A program made the position numbers and the translations under genes. The notes under the pieces are model-generated. The model did no database searches and was not told where the DNA came from. It worked only from the letters and a program-made list of their open reading frames with translations. DNA of 55,845 nucleotides, filler included, from Porpidia crustulata (taxonomy: Eukaryota), in NCBI GenBank assembly GCA_964255105.1. It is 3 parts of 3 records of this genome, joined end to end, with 100 filler letters (N's around TTAATTAATTAA, not from the genome) between each part and the next. Parts side by side here need not be neighbours in the genome. Positions count along the whole stretch, not along the records: positions 1 to 18,574 come from CAXUWE010000175.1; positions 18,675 to 37,219 come from CAXUWE010000176.1; 1 more part is not named here. One strand, 5' to 3'. Each line of letters begins with the position of its first letter. Within the stretch, counting starts at the first letter, position 1. This document shows, piece after piece, positions 11,901 to 23,625 of this stretch.

Positions 11901-14900
11901 CGGAGATCCTTTGAGACGATCCGCGGCGTCGTCGAAGCGACCTGGTGTAGCGTCAACGAAATCGTGTGAAGTCACTTTGTTATGGATCGCAACTGCATTC
12001 AGAATCTCTTCAGACAGGTCCACGCTAGCGCCCAGCCCGATGATTGACTGACCATAGCGTTTCAAGGCGACTTGGGCAAGGAGATCGGCCAAAGTTAGAT
12101 TTGCTGGCAAGTCTTCGGCACGCACATGGGAAATGCTAGTTTGCCAGACAAGCTCGTAACATATTTCACGCGCACCATTAGAGACGACTCCAGCATCTTG
12201 AGATCCTAGACTTCTAAACTCCATACCAGACAGAGATAGAGAGCACACGGTGACCGCTCGCTAAGGTAGAAATATCGGAGACCGCGGTACGGAAATGGCC
12301 GGATGTGAGTAGCACGGAGATATCTAGCCCGGAACCTGGTTTCTGTAGCGAAGGGGTGGTAGCGATCAGTAGCTCGTCGATATGTGTCGGCATGATAGAT
12401 CCAGGTCCTAGACGCCGACCCACAAGTGGCAACGCCGTTTGGAATACAAGGTCGAGGGTGGATGGATGAATGACGTGCGGACGCTAATGCTTGCCGGGCA
12501 TCGAAGCTTTAATATCAAGGATCTCAAACGAGAACGAAGCCTGCGATGCATCGGCTGTCATGTTGATGGAATTGAGACCAGCGAATGCCGGGCCGTACGT
12601 GTTGCCAACAGCGTCCATTTGGCGGTAGAGGGTGTCCTTGGAAGTGGTGTCGCTGCCGGGCGGGAGTTTGGGTACTTCCTCTCTTGTTGTCTCCGTCATC
12701 ACATTATTCTCGGCCAGCACGCCCTCGACAACCCCAGTGGCATGCTCATACCATTCACCGCTGTCTGAGAGTGCCGTGATACTGAAAGCGAAGGCAAGAT
12801 CTGAGCCGTTTAGTGGCTTGAAACTCAATTGCAACTCCACCCGTTGCTTGTCTAGCACAACGAGTCCACGTTTAAACGAGATGTCACGGAGGGCTACTGT
12901 CTCAAGCAGCCGCTGAGGGAAGCGCTGGCGGGCTAGCTGTGCAATTCCCTCAACTGCCATGCAGACGTAGCCCGCGCCCGGGAATACCGTCAGCCCATCA
13001 ACTACGTGGTCCGCAAGCCATGGCAAGGTCGCTTGGCTGAGGAAGTGACGCCACCGCGGCTCGATATCTGTTCCGTCAAGGACTGGCACCCCCAGAAGAT
13101 CATGATATGGCTCTTTGCGCAAGCGGTACGCTCGTGCCACACGTGACTCGTGCCAGTGCTTTGTCGAGTGGTCCCACGGATAGGGAGGAAGATCGTGTAG
13201 CACTATAGCCGTATCTACACCAGGGGCAAGCGCCAACACAGCGTCCCAGTCAATCTGGACGCCGAGCTCGAACATTTTACCAGCCAAGGCCAATGTGCTG
13301 GCGACTGCACCCACACTGCGCTGCAGAGGGGCGTGGTAGACAAAGGAAGGTTTGGGCATGTCTGTGTGCTGAAGACACTATCGGACAGGTCCCGAAAGCG
13401 CAGAATGTGGACCGATTCTCGATGTAGAAAGTCTGCTGATCGGGCTGATGGCGCGCCTTGCCGAGAGCTTGGACTGCATCGCTAAAGCGAACGGGGGACA
13501 CGAAGTTGGCAATCCAGTACTCTGCGCCGAAGCCAGATGTCTTGGGCTTGCCTGTGACGGATGAGAAAAAGGCGACTTTCTTGTCATTGTTCTTGACGTT
13601 CAAGACGCCGAGACGGACGCGGTAATCGTCGGCAACTACTCGCATGTGATGCGAGTAGTATGCCGTGTCGACCTGCAGCTTGCGATGAAATGTGCCATCG
13701 TCAGCTGCAGTAATGCGCTCGTCCACTTCATTTACCGCATCGGCATCACCTGAAACTGTTACGCTACGAGGACTGTTGATACAGGCAATCAAAGCCTTGC
13801 CTAGGGTCAAACCTTCGAGGTATTTAGTAGCGTCGGCCTCACCGAGCCCAACCGACAGCATAGCCCCAGGGCCCAAGCCTTTGGTCTTGACAGCAGCCGC
13901 CATGCAGCCGCGATGGAAGGCGACCTTGATGGCCGTCGAGTGTGATAGGTGGCCGGCCGCGTATGCTGCAGCAATTTCGCCACTCGAGTGACCTACCATG
14001 GCGTGTGGTCGCACACCTTGTATATGAAGTAGTGCGATGAGGGCGATCTGGACGGAAGTCGTTGCAGGCTGTGCCAGTCTAGCCTCGCTGAGGCGGGAAG
14101 CTGGGTCGTCGCGGAGAAGCTCTGCTTCGAGGTCCCAGGTAGCGCCAAGTCGATGGAGCATGTCGCGCGATGCGCGGATGGAATCACGGAAGACGGATGA
14201 GTACGTGGCCGTTTCCAACAGCAACTCGCGGCCCATGCCAGCCCACTGGGCGCCCTGTCCTGTGAACACCATCACCATGTCCAGCTTGGCGGGAGGTGGC
14301 TTTGCCGTGGGCATCGCGGAGCACTGATTAAGCGCATCCAGTAGCGACGCACGATCCTCGGCCACAGCACTAAAACGATACGGCAGGGCGGAGCGACGGC
14401 GCAAGAGTGTGTAGGAAAGGTCAGTCAGTGGCTTTTCAACGCGTTGCTCGACCCAGTCGTGCTGGGCCTGAATCATGCGCTGCAGCGACGTCGAGGTGTT
14501 GGCCGAGAGGACGAAAAGGCGGGGGAAGACTGCCTCATGGGCGGATCTTCTCTGAGGAGGCCGTGGTCCCCTTTCGACAATGGCATGCGCGTTGGCACCG
14601 CCGAAGCCGAAGCTGTTGATTGATATACGAGGTGTGACTCCGGCAGCATGCGGCCAGGGAATAACACTGGTTGGAATTGTCATTCGGTCCAAAGGCAGAC
14701 CAGGTTTCGGGTTGGCGAAACCGGCGACAGGCGCTATCAGGTCGCGCTCGAGCATCACTGTCGCTCTAAGCAAGCCAGCCAGACCTGCAACGGCCTCGGT
14801 GTGGCCTATAGCGCCTTTGATGGAGCCGACGTAGAGAGGCACGGAGCGGGTCGTGGTGCTAGCAAAGACCTCAGCGATGCCTTCCAACTCTTCTTTATCT

Positions 14901-15949
14901 CCTGCTTTTGTACCAGTACCATGGGCCTCAACATAGGCGACATCCTTTGGCTTCAAACCAGCACGGGCGTATGCCGACCGCGCTAACTCGGCTTGTGCCT
15001 GGCCTTTGGGGAACGTAATGTTCTGAGGAGTATAGCCATCCTGACCTATGGCCGTGCTTCGAATTACAGCGCGCACTGGGTCCCGGTCCCGGATCGCATC
15101 GTCTAAACGCTTTAAAACCAGCATGACAACGCCCTCGCCACGCCCGTAGCCTTTACCGCGCTCGTCGAACGGGTAACACCGTCCAGTGCTGCTAAGTAGG
15201 TGAAGGTTGCTCAGGCCGATGAAGTAATCAGGCCCTAGAATTAGATTGGATGCCGCCACAAGGGCCGTGTCCGACTCGCCATCCCGGAGGCTCTGGCATG
15301 CCTGGTGCAGCGCAACCAACCCCCCTGAACATGCTGTGTCGAGTGTCATAGAAGGACCGCGCAGGTCCAGCACATGTGAGAGACGGTTTGAAAAGATGGC
15401 CATTTCTACCCCGGTCATATAGTACACGGGGAGATCCAGTGTGTCTTTGTACAGGTGGTTGTTGTAGTCCGTTGGGAAAATAGCCGTGAAGACAGACGTG
15501 GCTGTTCCTGCTATGCTTTCACGCGAGATCCCGCCACTCTCGAGTGCCTCGTAGGCAAGCTCCATTAGAAGTCGCTGTTGCGGGTCGATAGCGGCCGCTT
15601 GCGACTTTGAGAATTTGAAGAAGGCGTGGTCGAAATCCCGTATATCGCCCGAGATGAAGTGCCCGCCCGCGTGGTTATTGGTGCCATTCAGGTCATCGGC
15701 ATGGGGGTGATAGAAGGCCTCTTGAATGTAAATGGTATGTATCTCTCTCTCTCTCTCTCTGTGCTTTTGTGCTAAACTCACCTCTTCGTTGTAACGGTCC
15801 GCTGGCACGGGTGTCCATGCTGGCTCGCCGCTCTCGAGCAACTTCCAGAGCCCGTCAACGTCGTTGGCGCCGCCAGGTAGGCGCAACGACAGGCCTACCA
15901 CGGCGATGGGCTCGACGGGAGCTGTAGACTTCATGGCTTGGTAGGGCAT
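8912..15949 (-). pseudogene. Highly reducing iterative PKS pseudogene, KS-AT-DH-(pseudo-MT)-(degenerate ER)-KR-ACP
   Basis: Domain motifs: KS DTACSG/EAHGTGT/GHTE, AT GHSSGEI, DH DHVVDGLTVFPG, KR GGLGDIG/YNAGN, ACP GLDSL. Lesions: +1 frameshift at ~13416, TAG at 13378-13380, TAG at 12484-12486, 4-nt TCTG duplication at 12227-12234, and an apparent deletion/frameshift at ~10920. Confidence 0.92.
15742..15760 (+). repeat. (TC)n microsatellite inside PKS intron 1
   Basis: TCTCTCTCTCTCTCTCTCT within the GTGAGT-initiated minus-strand intron starting at 15781. Confidence 0.85.
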
Positions 15950-15982
15950 ATACTCAATCTACCCCGCCAGTGCTTTGCTCGG

Positions 15983-16763
15983 GAGTCACAGACTTTTGCT
16001 TAGACTTATAGCGGGATTTGGAGACTTTATGCAGTCACGGACAGCGCGCCGGTAGCTGTGCTAAAGTGATGGGTCCATCTCTTTCGTAGACTCGCCGCCA
16101 AAGGTCGAGATGCCATGCCTACAGATAGTGGCAATGCTAACCCGTTGCCGCGGTGTCCGAGAGCGACTTGGGTGGATACCTTGACCATGATCTTTGCCAG
16201 GAACAGGGTGATAGACATGAGAGAGTCAGCTTGTTGACTCTGTGTCCAGAGTGCGTGAACTCCTTGAACGTCGAATGCCAGTCAACGTATGCATGTTATT
16301 GAGGTAACGAATTACTGAGTATGTCAGCATTGACTCTGTTAGAATAACTGACTTCAGATGTTGAAAGGTTAGGTAACCTGTTTTGCTGTGCTAAGACAAA
16401 TTCCTATCAAACCACCATCTGTTACTACGGTGAAGAGATCCAGAACCTCAGTCAAGCATTCGAATAGATATCACGAGTTCGCTTCAAATTCAGGCAATGA
16501 ACACGCCTTGTTGACAATTGGCCTCTATGACTCGTAATCTGTTGAAGTTTCAATAGTAATGATGATACAAAATACCCCAAAAAATGCCTTCATAGTCCTG
16601 TAGGGGCGCCTCCATACATCGAACCAAAGTCCGCATCGACCTCATTCAGTCAAACGTCATCTTAGTCTTCTTACTCGGAAAAGTACATGATTCATTAGTA
16701 ATCCTTGCGACTCCCTGCATCTGGAGTCAGCATAACTCTGCTTTTGGGATCTGAACCTGACTC
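15983..16763. promoter_or_regulatory. Cluster of TGACTC/GAGTCA (AP-1/Gcn4-CpcA-like bZIP) motifs in the PKS/acyltransferase bidirectional promoter
   Basis: Exact hexamers start at 15983, 16223, 16235, 16331, 16528, 16724 and 16758. ATGATTCAT and TTAGTAA lie at ~16687-16701. Confidence 0.5.
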
Positions 16764-17251
16764 TGACATTTTGGCGAGCATCTCTACATTCTCGACTCCA
16801 CTCCTTGTCCGTTACTCTGTAGATCTGCATTAAGATTTTTCGTCCACACCGCCAAATCTTCTTAGCAAATACACGTCAGCCATTCGCAGACAGCAAGATA
16901 GCAAGACGGCAAGACTGCGGAATTGGAATTGGAATTACTGCTTCCACGACTGCGATATCTAACCGCAGCCGGAGGTTCTGCTGACTTGAACTGCAGATCA
17001 GGAGTTGAACAATCAAGAGACTCATCACTCTGCCACGCCAGGCTAAAGGGCAATTCCGGTCTTGAATTGCAGATTGCGGCGACCCTGCCGCAATGCATCA
17101 AGTCCAAGTAAGGTACAGGACGCTGAGGAAGTTCCATTGACAAACCTTTGAAACAGCTCTCTGAACCAGCGCAGACGTCAACATCCTCCTTCTTCTACCG
17201 TCGTGTCGTCCACGAGATCGGAGCTTCACGACAAGGAATCAAGTCGTCGCA

Positions 17252-18574
17252 ATGGCTTCAGATGAAATACACATTGTACTCAGCCCTTTTGACTACGTTC
17301 CGCCTCGCAACTACGTCCGTCTTCTCTTTCCCCTCCCTCCAAATCCCGGTGTCGACGAAAAAGTGGTGTTCAATGACCTCCGCGAAGCACTCCACAAGAC
17401 CTTCGTCCAGGAACCATGGGCCAGCGGCAGAGTTTTCCGCCAGTCGCCTGCCACCGAGGGATGGCGCCCGGGGCAGCTCGAGATCCGGCACCGTCCCTAC
17501 CCGGCAGACGGACCACTACCATACCAGCTGAAATACCAGCATCTTGACACCGACTGGACATATGCCGGCCTCAGGGACGTCGGCTTCCCGAGTGGAATTT
17601 TCGACGAACAGCTTCTCCTCGATGCACCCCGAGTGGACGAGGTGGACATGGCCGGTGCGCAAATCTTTGTGGGCCAGGCGAATTTCTTGGAAGGTGGCCT
17701 CTTACTGGGCATGACATTCATCCACGCGGCCACAGACGCCATGGCTATGCTCAACGTTCAGAAGCTCTGGGCCGAGAATTTCCGGGAGCTGCACGAACGG
17801 GACGCTGGGGGGGAAATCGCTCCATCGCGCTTTACCGCCAGGGACAACGACCGGACCCTCCCCGAAAAGCTCTGGCAACGCGAAACCGGCGGCCGGGGAC
17901 CAAGCCGTAACCCAGAAGACCCATGGCTCCGAGCTCTGGCGTGCCTGGACTCCGACTATCCAGGCGATGTCGACGTCACCGGCGCCACGCAGCGGGCCGC
18001 AGCAACAGCAACGGTAGCTAAAGTCAATGAACACGCCACCAACGGGAATGGCAAGCCAATAACCAACGGCTTTCACCACCCTTCCCGCACAATGCTCAAC
18101 CGTGTCATGTTCCTCTCCAGCGAAGACCTCTCCGCCCTCGGCAAAGAATGCGCCCTGGAACCCCTCCCCTCGGGCGCCTCTCCCCTCTCCATCAGCGACA
18201 CCATCAACGCCATATTCTGGCGCGGCGTGATGCGTGCCCGCTCCGCCGCCGCAACCGCGCGTTCCACCACCCTAGACCCCATATCCGTCTTCGAATCGCC
18301 CGTCGACGTGCGAAACGCCTTCGCCGCCGACTTCCCACCCGACTACCTCGGCAACTGCTGGCTCCTCAACACCGCGCGCATGCCGCTGGCCCAGCTCATC
18401 GCCCCCTCCACCCCGCTCGGCCGGATCGCGCAGGCGCTCCGCCAAGGCGCGGCGGGCGTCGACGCCGGCGCCGTGCACGACGCGTACGCGCTCCTGCGCT
18501 CCGCGCCCCCCGTGACCACCTCCCCGGGCCCGTGGTGGGGCCGCCCCAGCCCGCCGCTATGCGTGGGGGGAACC
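17252..18574 (+). CDS. CoA-dependent O-acyltransferase (HXXXD transferase, Tri101-like superfamily), 3'-truncated at contig end
   Basis: LSPFD N-terminus, PWASGRV, catalytic IHAATD, PVDVR and YLGN. The ORF is open until the N spacer; the last ~65 nt look like low-quality sequence, and no DFG motif is reached. Confidence 0.85.
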
Positions 18575-18674
18575 NNNNNNNNNNNNNNNNNNNNNNNNNN
18601 NNNNNNNNNNNNNNNNNNTTAATTAATTAANNNNNNNNNNNNNNNNNNNNNNNNNNNNNNNNNNNNNNNNNNNN
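18575..18674. other. Artificial contig-joining spacer
   Basis: N44-TTAATTAATTAA-N44, a stop-codon linker identical to the one at 37220. Confidence 0.98.
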
Positions 18675-19292
18675 ATATAGCCATCATACTCGTGCTCGAT
18701 ACCGAAGCTTCATTGAATTCTGTCTTCCAAGCCTCGCTGATCGATCTCGTGAATTCCCAACTCTCCTGTCCCTTCCCCCACCCCCACATCTTTATCCCGA
18801 TCTCACCTCTCTACACACCCAGACTGACGTTTAGAAACACACCTTCTTCTGCCACAATAGAGTGAGTCTACAGCGACGCATCGATTATAACGTTGATTTT
18901 TTTTTTTGAGGGAAAAATTATTATTCGTGGATTGGTGTTGTTTTTTTCGTGAGATGGATGATGTTTTGGGGTTTGGTGATGGTGATGGTGTGTATGTAGA
19001 GACATCGCAGTTATTTTGAGAAGAAGAAGAAGAAGAATGATGTTGGTATATGTATATGTATTTGTCGTCGTGATGGATAAAGCATAAATAACGTGAAACT
19101 GTTTTGAAAGGATTTGTAGCGAGAACTAGAAGTGTGATATTGATGTAGAGTAGAAGTTTGAATTGGGGGTGGGAGAGATGGGTTGATGTCAATTTTTTGT
19201 AGATAAGATGGGCTTTGGATTGGATTTTCTTTTTTTTTAGATTGTACTTTTTTTAGTAGAAGGGTATTTAGATCGATGTGAAGAGAATGTTA

Positions 19293-19835
19293 TTTTCTGT
19301 CGTGATAGTATGCAGTGATGTATCGTTCACGAAGTCGATTCGTCATCTTCGTTTTCTCTTCTGGGTCGATGTCATTTTCGTGATATGGCCTCGGGGGTTT
19401 TTTTTCTTTTGTTTTTTCGATTTCGGTTTTCAGAGTATCCAGATCGATGTTTAGGATATATTTTCTCCTGCCGCAACAGCCCGTAGTAACCCAACGCTCA
19501 CAAAGTCGATTCGTCATCTTCGTTTCTTCCTCTGGATTGATGTTATTTTTCGTATGGTGGGCTTTCGGATTTCGTGATGATATGTATAATAATCAGAATC
19601 CGAAATTCCAACGTTTTTCTAAAACATTATTTGATATATTGTTTCGCTGTTTCGAACCTTTTAATATGTATTTGTGACCGTATGTAAAAGCAAAGTGGTG
19701 CAAGGTAGCCGGAGACTTTTGTTTATTGACTGTAGAACATATTTCTTTTCTGTCGCAACAGCCCCGCAGCAACGTTTCGTTCACAAAGTCAATTCGTTAT
19801 CTTCGTTTCTTCTTCTGAATCGATGTCATTTTTTG
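19293..19835 (-). repeat. Three degenerate ~90-bp direct repeats with residual coding potential
   Basis: Cores at 19324-19380, 19495-19552 and 19778-19833 (cgttcacRaagtcRattcgtYatcttcgttt...). Minus strand reads NDIDPEEKTKMTNRLRER / NNINPEEETKMTNRLCER / NDIDSEEETKITN*LCER. Confidence 0.8.
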
Positions 19836-19940
19836 AAAAGTGGTCTTTTGACCCTACCGTTTCCTCATCCAGCCGTAAAGGCCACTCACTTTTCCATCCG
19901 GCACTCTCGTCGAAGTAAAAGTCACGAAAGGAATCCGCGC

Positions 19941-21260
19941 CTAATCCTCGTCGTCGTCGTCGTCACTATCACTATCATTACGCCCCAAGGCTTGCTCCTG
20001 CGCCGCATCGTTCTCATCCCTTAGTCTCACTGCCAGCGACAGTACCATTCCGTCCTCCCCCTGCGGCCGTTCAACCGACTCGTCGGCACCTACGGCCTGA
20101 AAAGTGGTGTCGTGGTAGAAGACCTCTGGGAGAAAGTGATCGGAGACTTTTCTTGCCAGGGATATGAGCATAGACTGACGGAGATACGGCCCTGGAGTGG
20201 CCCAGATGGTTCCCCTGGCTTCAACATTTTCCACCCATACCAATGTTCCTTCTCTCTTGTGATGTAGATAGGTAATGACATACCGAAAGTACAGGTACCG
20301 ACGTGCCGGGCGGTTTGCGGTCAAGAACATCAACTGTTTGCCATCGATGTCCTATTCTCATTAGAATTCCATTCGATTTGACGATTCCTTGGTATCACTC
20401 ACCCTCCATTTAAGGCCTGAATCGATCATTCGATTCTCCACCGTTTTATCCGTTAGGACACACTTCCATTTGGTCTCTTCACCCTTCATGGGTGGTAGAG
20501 GAACAAAGACAATCTTCCCGGAGTCAAGACCTCCTTTAATGACATGATGCAATGTTAGTCCTGGTCTCCTGTTAGTATCTGCACCTGCCGAACAGTCCTG
20601 ACAAAACTGACCGTTGTTTGCATCGCTTAGCATGACGTCGCCCGCACCGAAAATGTAGGAAAGCTCATTGGATTCCAAGGATTTTGGCACGATGTGTGCC
20701 GTTTTCACGCTTCGAGGATTTAGCCACCCTGACAAATGACACCAAAGGAGCTCCTCATCATCCAAGAAGCGTTTTACTCCATAGAAAGCGATAACACGTT
20801 TTTTGAACTTGCTTTATCTGTATTTCTTCTTCTCAAGCTTCGCAGTTGCGGCCATGACCTTGTTCATGATCACATTTGCGTATGCGTCTTCAAGTCTCAC
20901 GTGTGAAGGCAAATTTTCGTCCATATGGTTTCTAACCAACTTCTTCTGTCTTTTAAGCACGACAAGCTCGTTCTCCTTTGGCTTCACATCCTTGTCTATA
21001 ACCTCGACAGCATCTCGGTACTGAGAGGCCGGGAGATTGCCATCATCGAAGGCTTCCTTGAGGCCCCTACGGATTTCAGTACTGTAGTCGATGTCCAGGC
21101 TTACATCTTCAATCTTTGATGTAATGAAATCATCGGTGGAGGAGGCCGCGGATACGATTGACGATGTGCTGGCTTTGCGGGTCTCAATGGCCCTCAGACC
21201 ATTTTGGCGTGCGACCGAAAGTGGGGACGAGTAACGCTCGGGAATGAGAGGGCCGGACAT
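19941..21260 (-). pseudogene. Fungal HNH-endonuclease-domain (HNH_2-type) gene with one premature stop, 2 introns
   Basis: Reads KKYR*SKFKKRVIAFYG...WCHLSGW...TAHIVPKSL...NGLTLH...DIDGKQLMFLTANRPARRYLYFRY. The TAA at 20814-20816 is in frame with both flanks. Confidence 0.8.
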
Positions 21261-22249
21261 AACTCTAGGGAAGAGTGAACTTCTGCTCTTGTGGTAGATG
21301 CAAGGGTGGGGACAGATGGAAGGAACGGACGTAGAGTAAAAGAGGGGACAAATGTGGAATGATGGACGCAGAGCTGAGAGGTTTTGAATGGGAAATGAAA
21401 TGTAAAGGCTTTGTCAGTTCGATAGCATAGAGTCGAGAGAAGAATTTCAAGGATCATGTATTTTGCAGGAATTTAATGTGTGTGCAGAAGCGACGCTGGA
21501 TGGAATGTGAATCTGATTACTTTCCATGGTAAGGTACCTACCTACCTTAGTGAAGGCGCACGGAAAATTCCCTTGTAAAGGATAGTGAATGCTAAGGGAA
21601 TTTTTCATGTGATATCATACGCAAAAGTCGGGTCGTTTTGAAATTCCTTTGCCCCCGCTCCACTTCTCTCCCCCCTTTCCATCCCCCATCCAAAACTACG
21701 ATATTGAGCATCATACAGCGAATAGACAAGCGAGTAATGACTGCAGTATCAAAAGCAGTGTTTTTAATCTTCTAGAACTTCTCCGTGATATTTCTATTTT
21801 TTTTTCGCCAAATTCCAAAACGACCACACTTCTTGTACATGACGATACAACCGCGAAAACGCCAGGATCGCGTTGTTTTGTGCCGGTGGGCGTATGCGAG
21901 TTTACAACGAAATTCGTGCACAAGCTTGAGTCATATTGTCCTGCCAAAGATGGTCCTATCGAATGACTTCGAGCTTGAGTAGAGTCGGTGTTTCACAGCT
22001 TTTTTCGCCAGATTTAGGCAAGTTTGATACATTAAGAGCCCCACCTCGAGAAGTAGTGCAGTCACTTCTGGGGTACCGAGTGGTAGATGAATTTAGGCCA
22101 CACATACTCGATCAAATTCAGTTGACATGGGAATTGAAGGATTAGAGCAAACAGAGTAATTGAGGATCTGAGTCATGTGTAGTTCAAATTTCTCGTGACA
22201 CGGAATTAAGCACCCCAGTCCACATCCATGCCCGCTTTGAGTGAGTACC

Positions 22250-23158
22250 TTAAAGAGAACCATGAGAATAACCCAAGTACGCGAAAGATCTGTCACAGCT
22301 TCTAATTCTTGAAGCAGTCGAATCTGAACGCTGTGGTGACGGAGACCTAGCTGGGCTATCATGGGTTGTCCTGGAGCGGCTGTGACGAGACTCGGACGGC
22401 TTCCGACGCTGTAAAGACATCGCCGTCTCGCTGTCCAAGGCTTCCATGTAGCCTTCCGGGCGTAAACAAGGGTCAAATACGCGACGGTCTCGAAAAGATG
22501 TTAATTCTCTCATGAGGGTGACGCACCAACCGTCCAGTTCAGCCAACTTCTCCAATTTAGAATCATCGACGTCAGACCACATCCGCCTCGACGCACCGTA
22601 AAGGAACTGCTGTCGCGACCACTTGCGAAGCTTCGAGCCTTTCGGAGTGTTGCTGTACGAGAACTGTATCATTTCAACTCGGATGCTAGAATCCTTGTGA
22701 AAGTCAAGTAATTCAAGCAAGGCTTTGTCCGAGAATGCTGAGCACCCTAGCTTGCCGCCAAGCACCCAGGCCTGGGCCAGAGCAATAGCTCCTGAATCAT
22801 CCCCAACCTTTCCAGTATATATCCATCTAACATACGAGCCAAAGCTTGTAGGATCAACGTCAGGTATATTGATGATTGTGGCATCTGCTCCAGCAGTGGA
22901 GCCATATAGGACACCAAACAGAAAAGGTGAATGATGTTTGATAAGTTCTTCTGGCAGTGTCCAACGCTTCAGGTCGACGCCGTTGCCAGCGGTCACAACA
23001 ATGGAATTTCCGCCCTCGAGCCTAATAATAAGTTAGATATCATCTCATAGCTTTCGATTTCAGAGAGGAGAAGATTCTTAATTCCGAACTCACAGATTCA
23101 GACCAGCTGCGCTCCGTACTCCATCAAGTATACGTGGCGTGTATGCAGGGGGCTGCAT
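22250..23158 (-). CDS. BTB/POZ-domain protein, 2 exons
   Basis: Exon 1 MQPPAY... (ATG 23158) splices to IVVTAG...WTLPEELIKHHSPFL...IPDVDPTSFGSYVRWIYTG...AWVLGGKLG, the typical fungal BTB pattern. Confidence 0.78.
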
Positions 23159-23625
23159 CTCAAAACTTTGTGGACAGCACAATTAGGTGAAATGTCGGAA
23201 ATTTCGATGCTCTAAGTGTCAATGATAAGTCGGGGGTTTCTAAGGAAGTTGCGGGAATGTTGAAAAGTAGGTAAATGGCACCTTTATAGGAGACGGTAAT
23301 TTGTAATAATATCTCTTGTCATGAGTGTGGTTCATAGGAGAAGAGAAGCCCTCTATGACTCTCAGTAATTCTGAGGATCTAAGGTGAAGCTGACGAGTTG
23401 GTAATACTCGATAAGTCACACTCATTGCAAAGCCTTCTCCTCAAGAAGATCCAATTATCACATACCGTGATTACTCAGATAGAATTGTACGCCGAAGGTA
23501 CGGAATCGCTCGTAGAGTGCACGGTTGATATTGCTCCACTGTTCTTCCTTTGTGACCCAGGACCACTTGGCAATACCACATTGAGTCAAGCTAAGCGCTC
23601 CTTCTCGGAAGTCCCCCAGAATGTA

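Noticed and set aside
18510..18574. Pro/Trp/Gly-rich novel C-terminus on the acyltransferase
   Set aside because: This is a G/C homopolymer-rich contig tail and is probably sequencing error. The true C-terminus is missing.
12484..20816. TAA/TAG reassigned to Gln (in-frame stops at Gln-like positions)
   Set aside because: Core genes terminate normally with TAG/TAA (LYS9, ERD1, SLD5, LRA1) and have no internal stops. The PKS also has frameshifts.
20814..20816. HNH stop rescued by fungal A-to-I RNA editing
   Set aside because: Known rescue is typically UAG->UGG (Trp). This codon is UAA at a position better explained by a CAA->TAA mutation. DNA alone cannot exclude editing, but nothing supports it.
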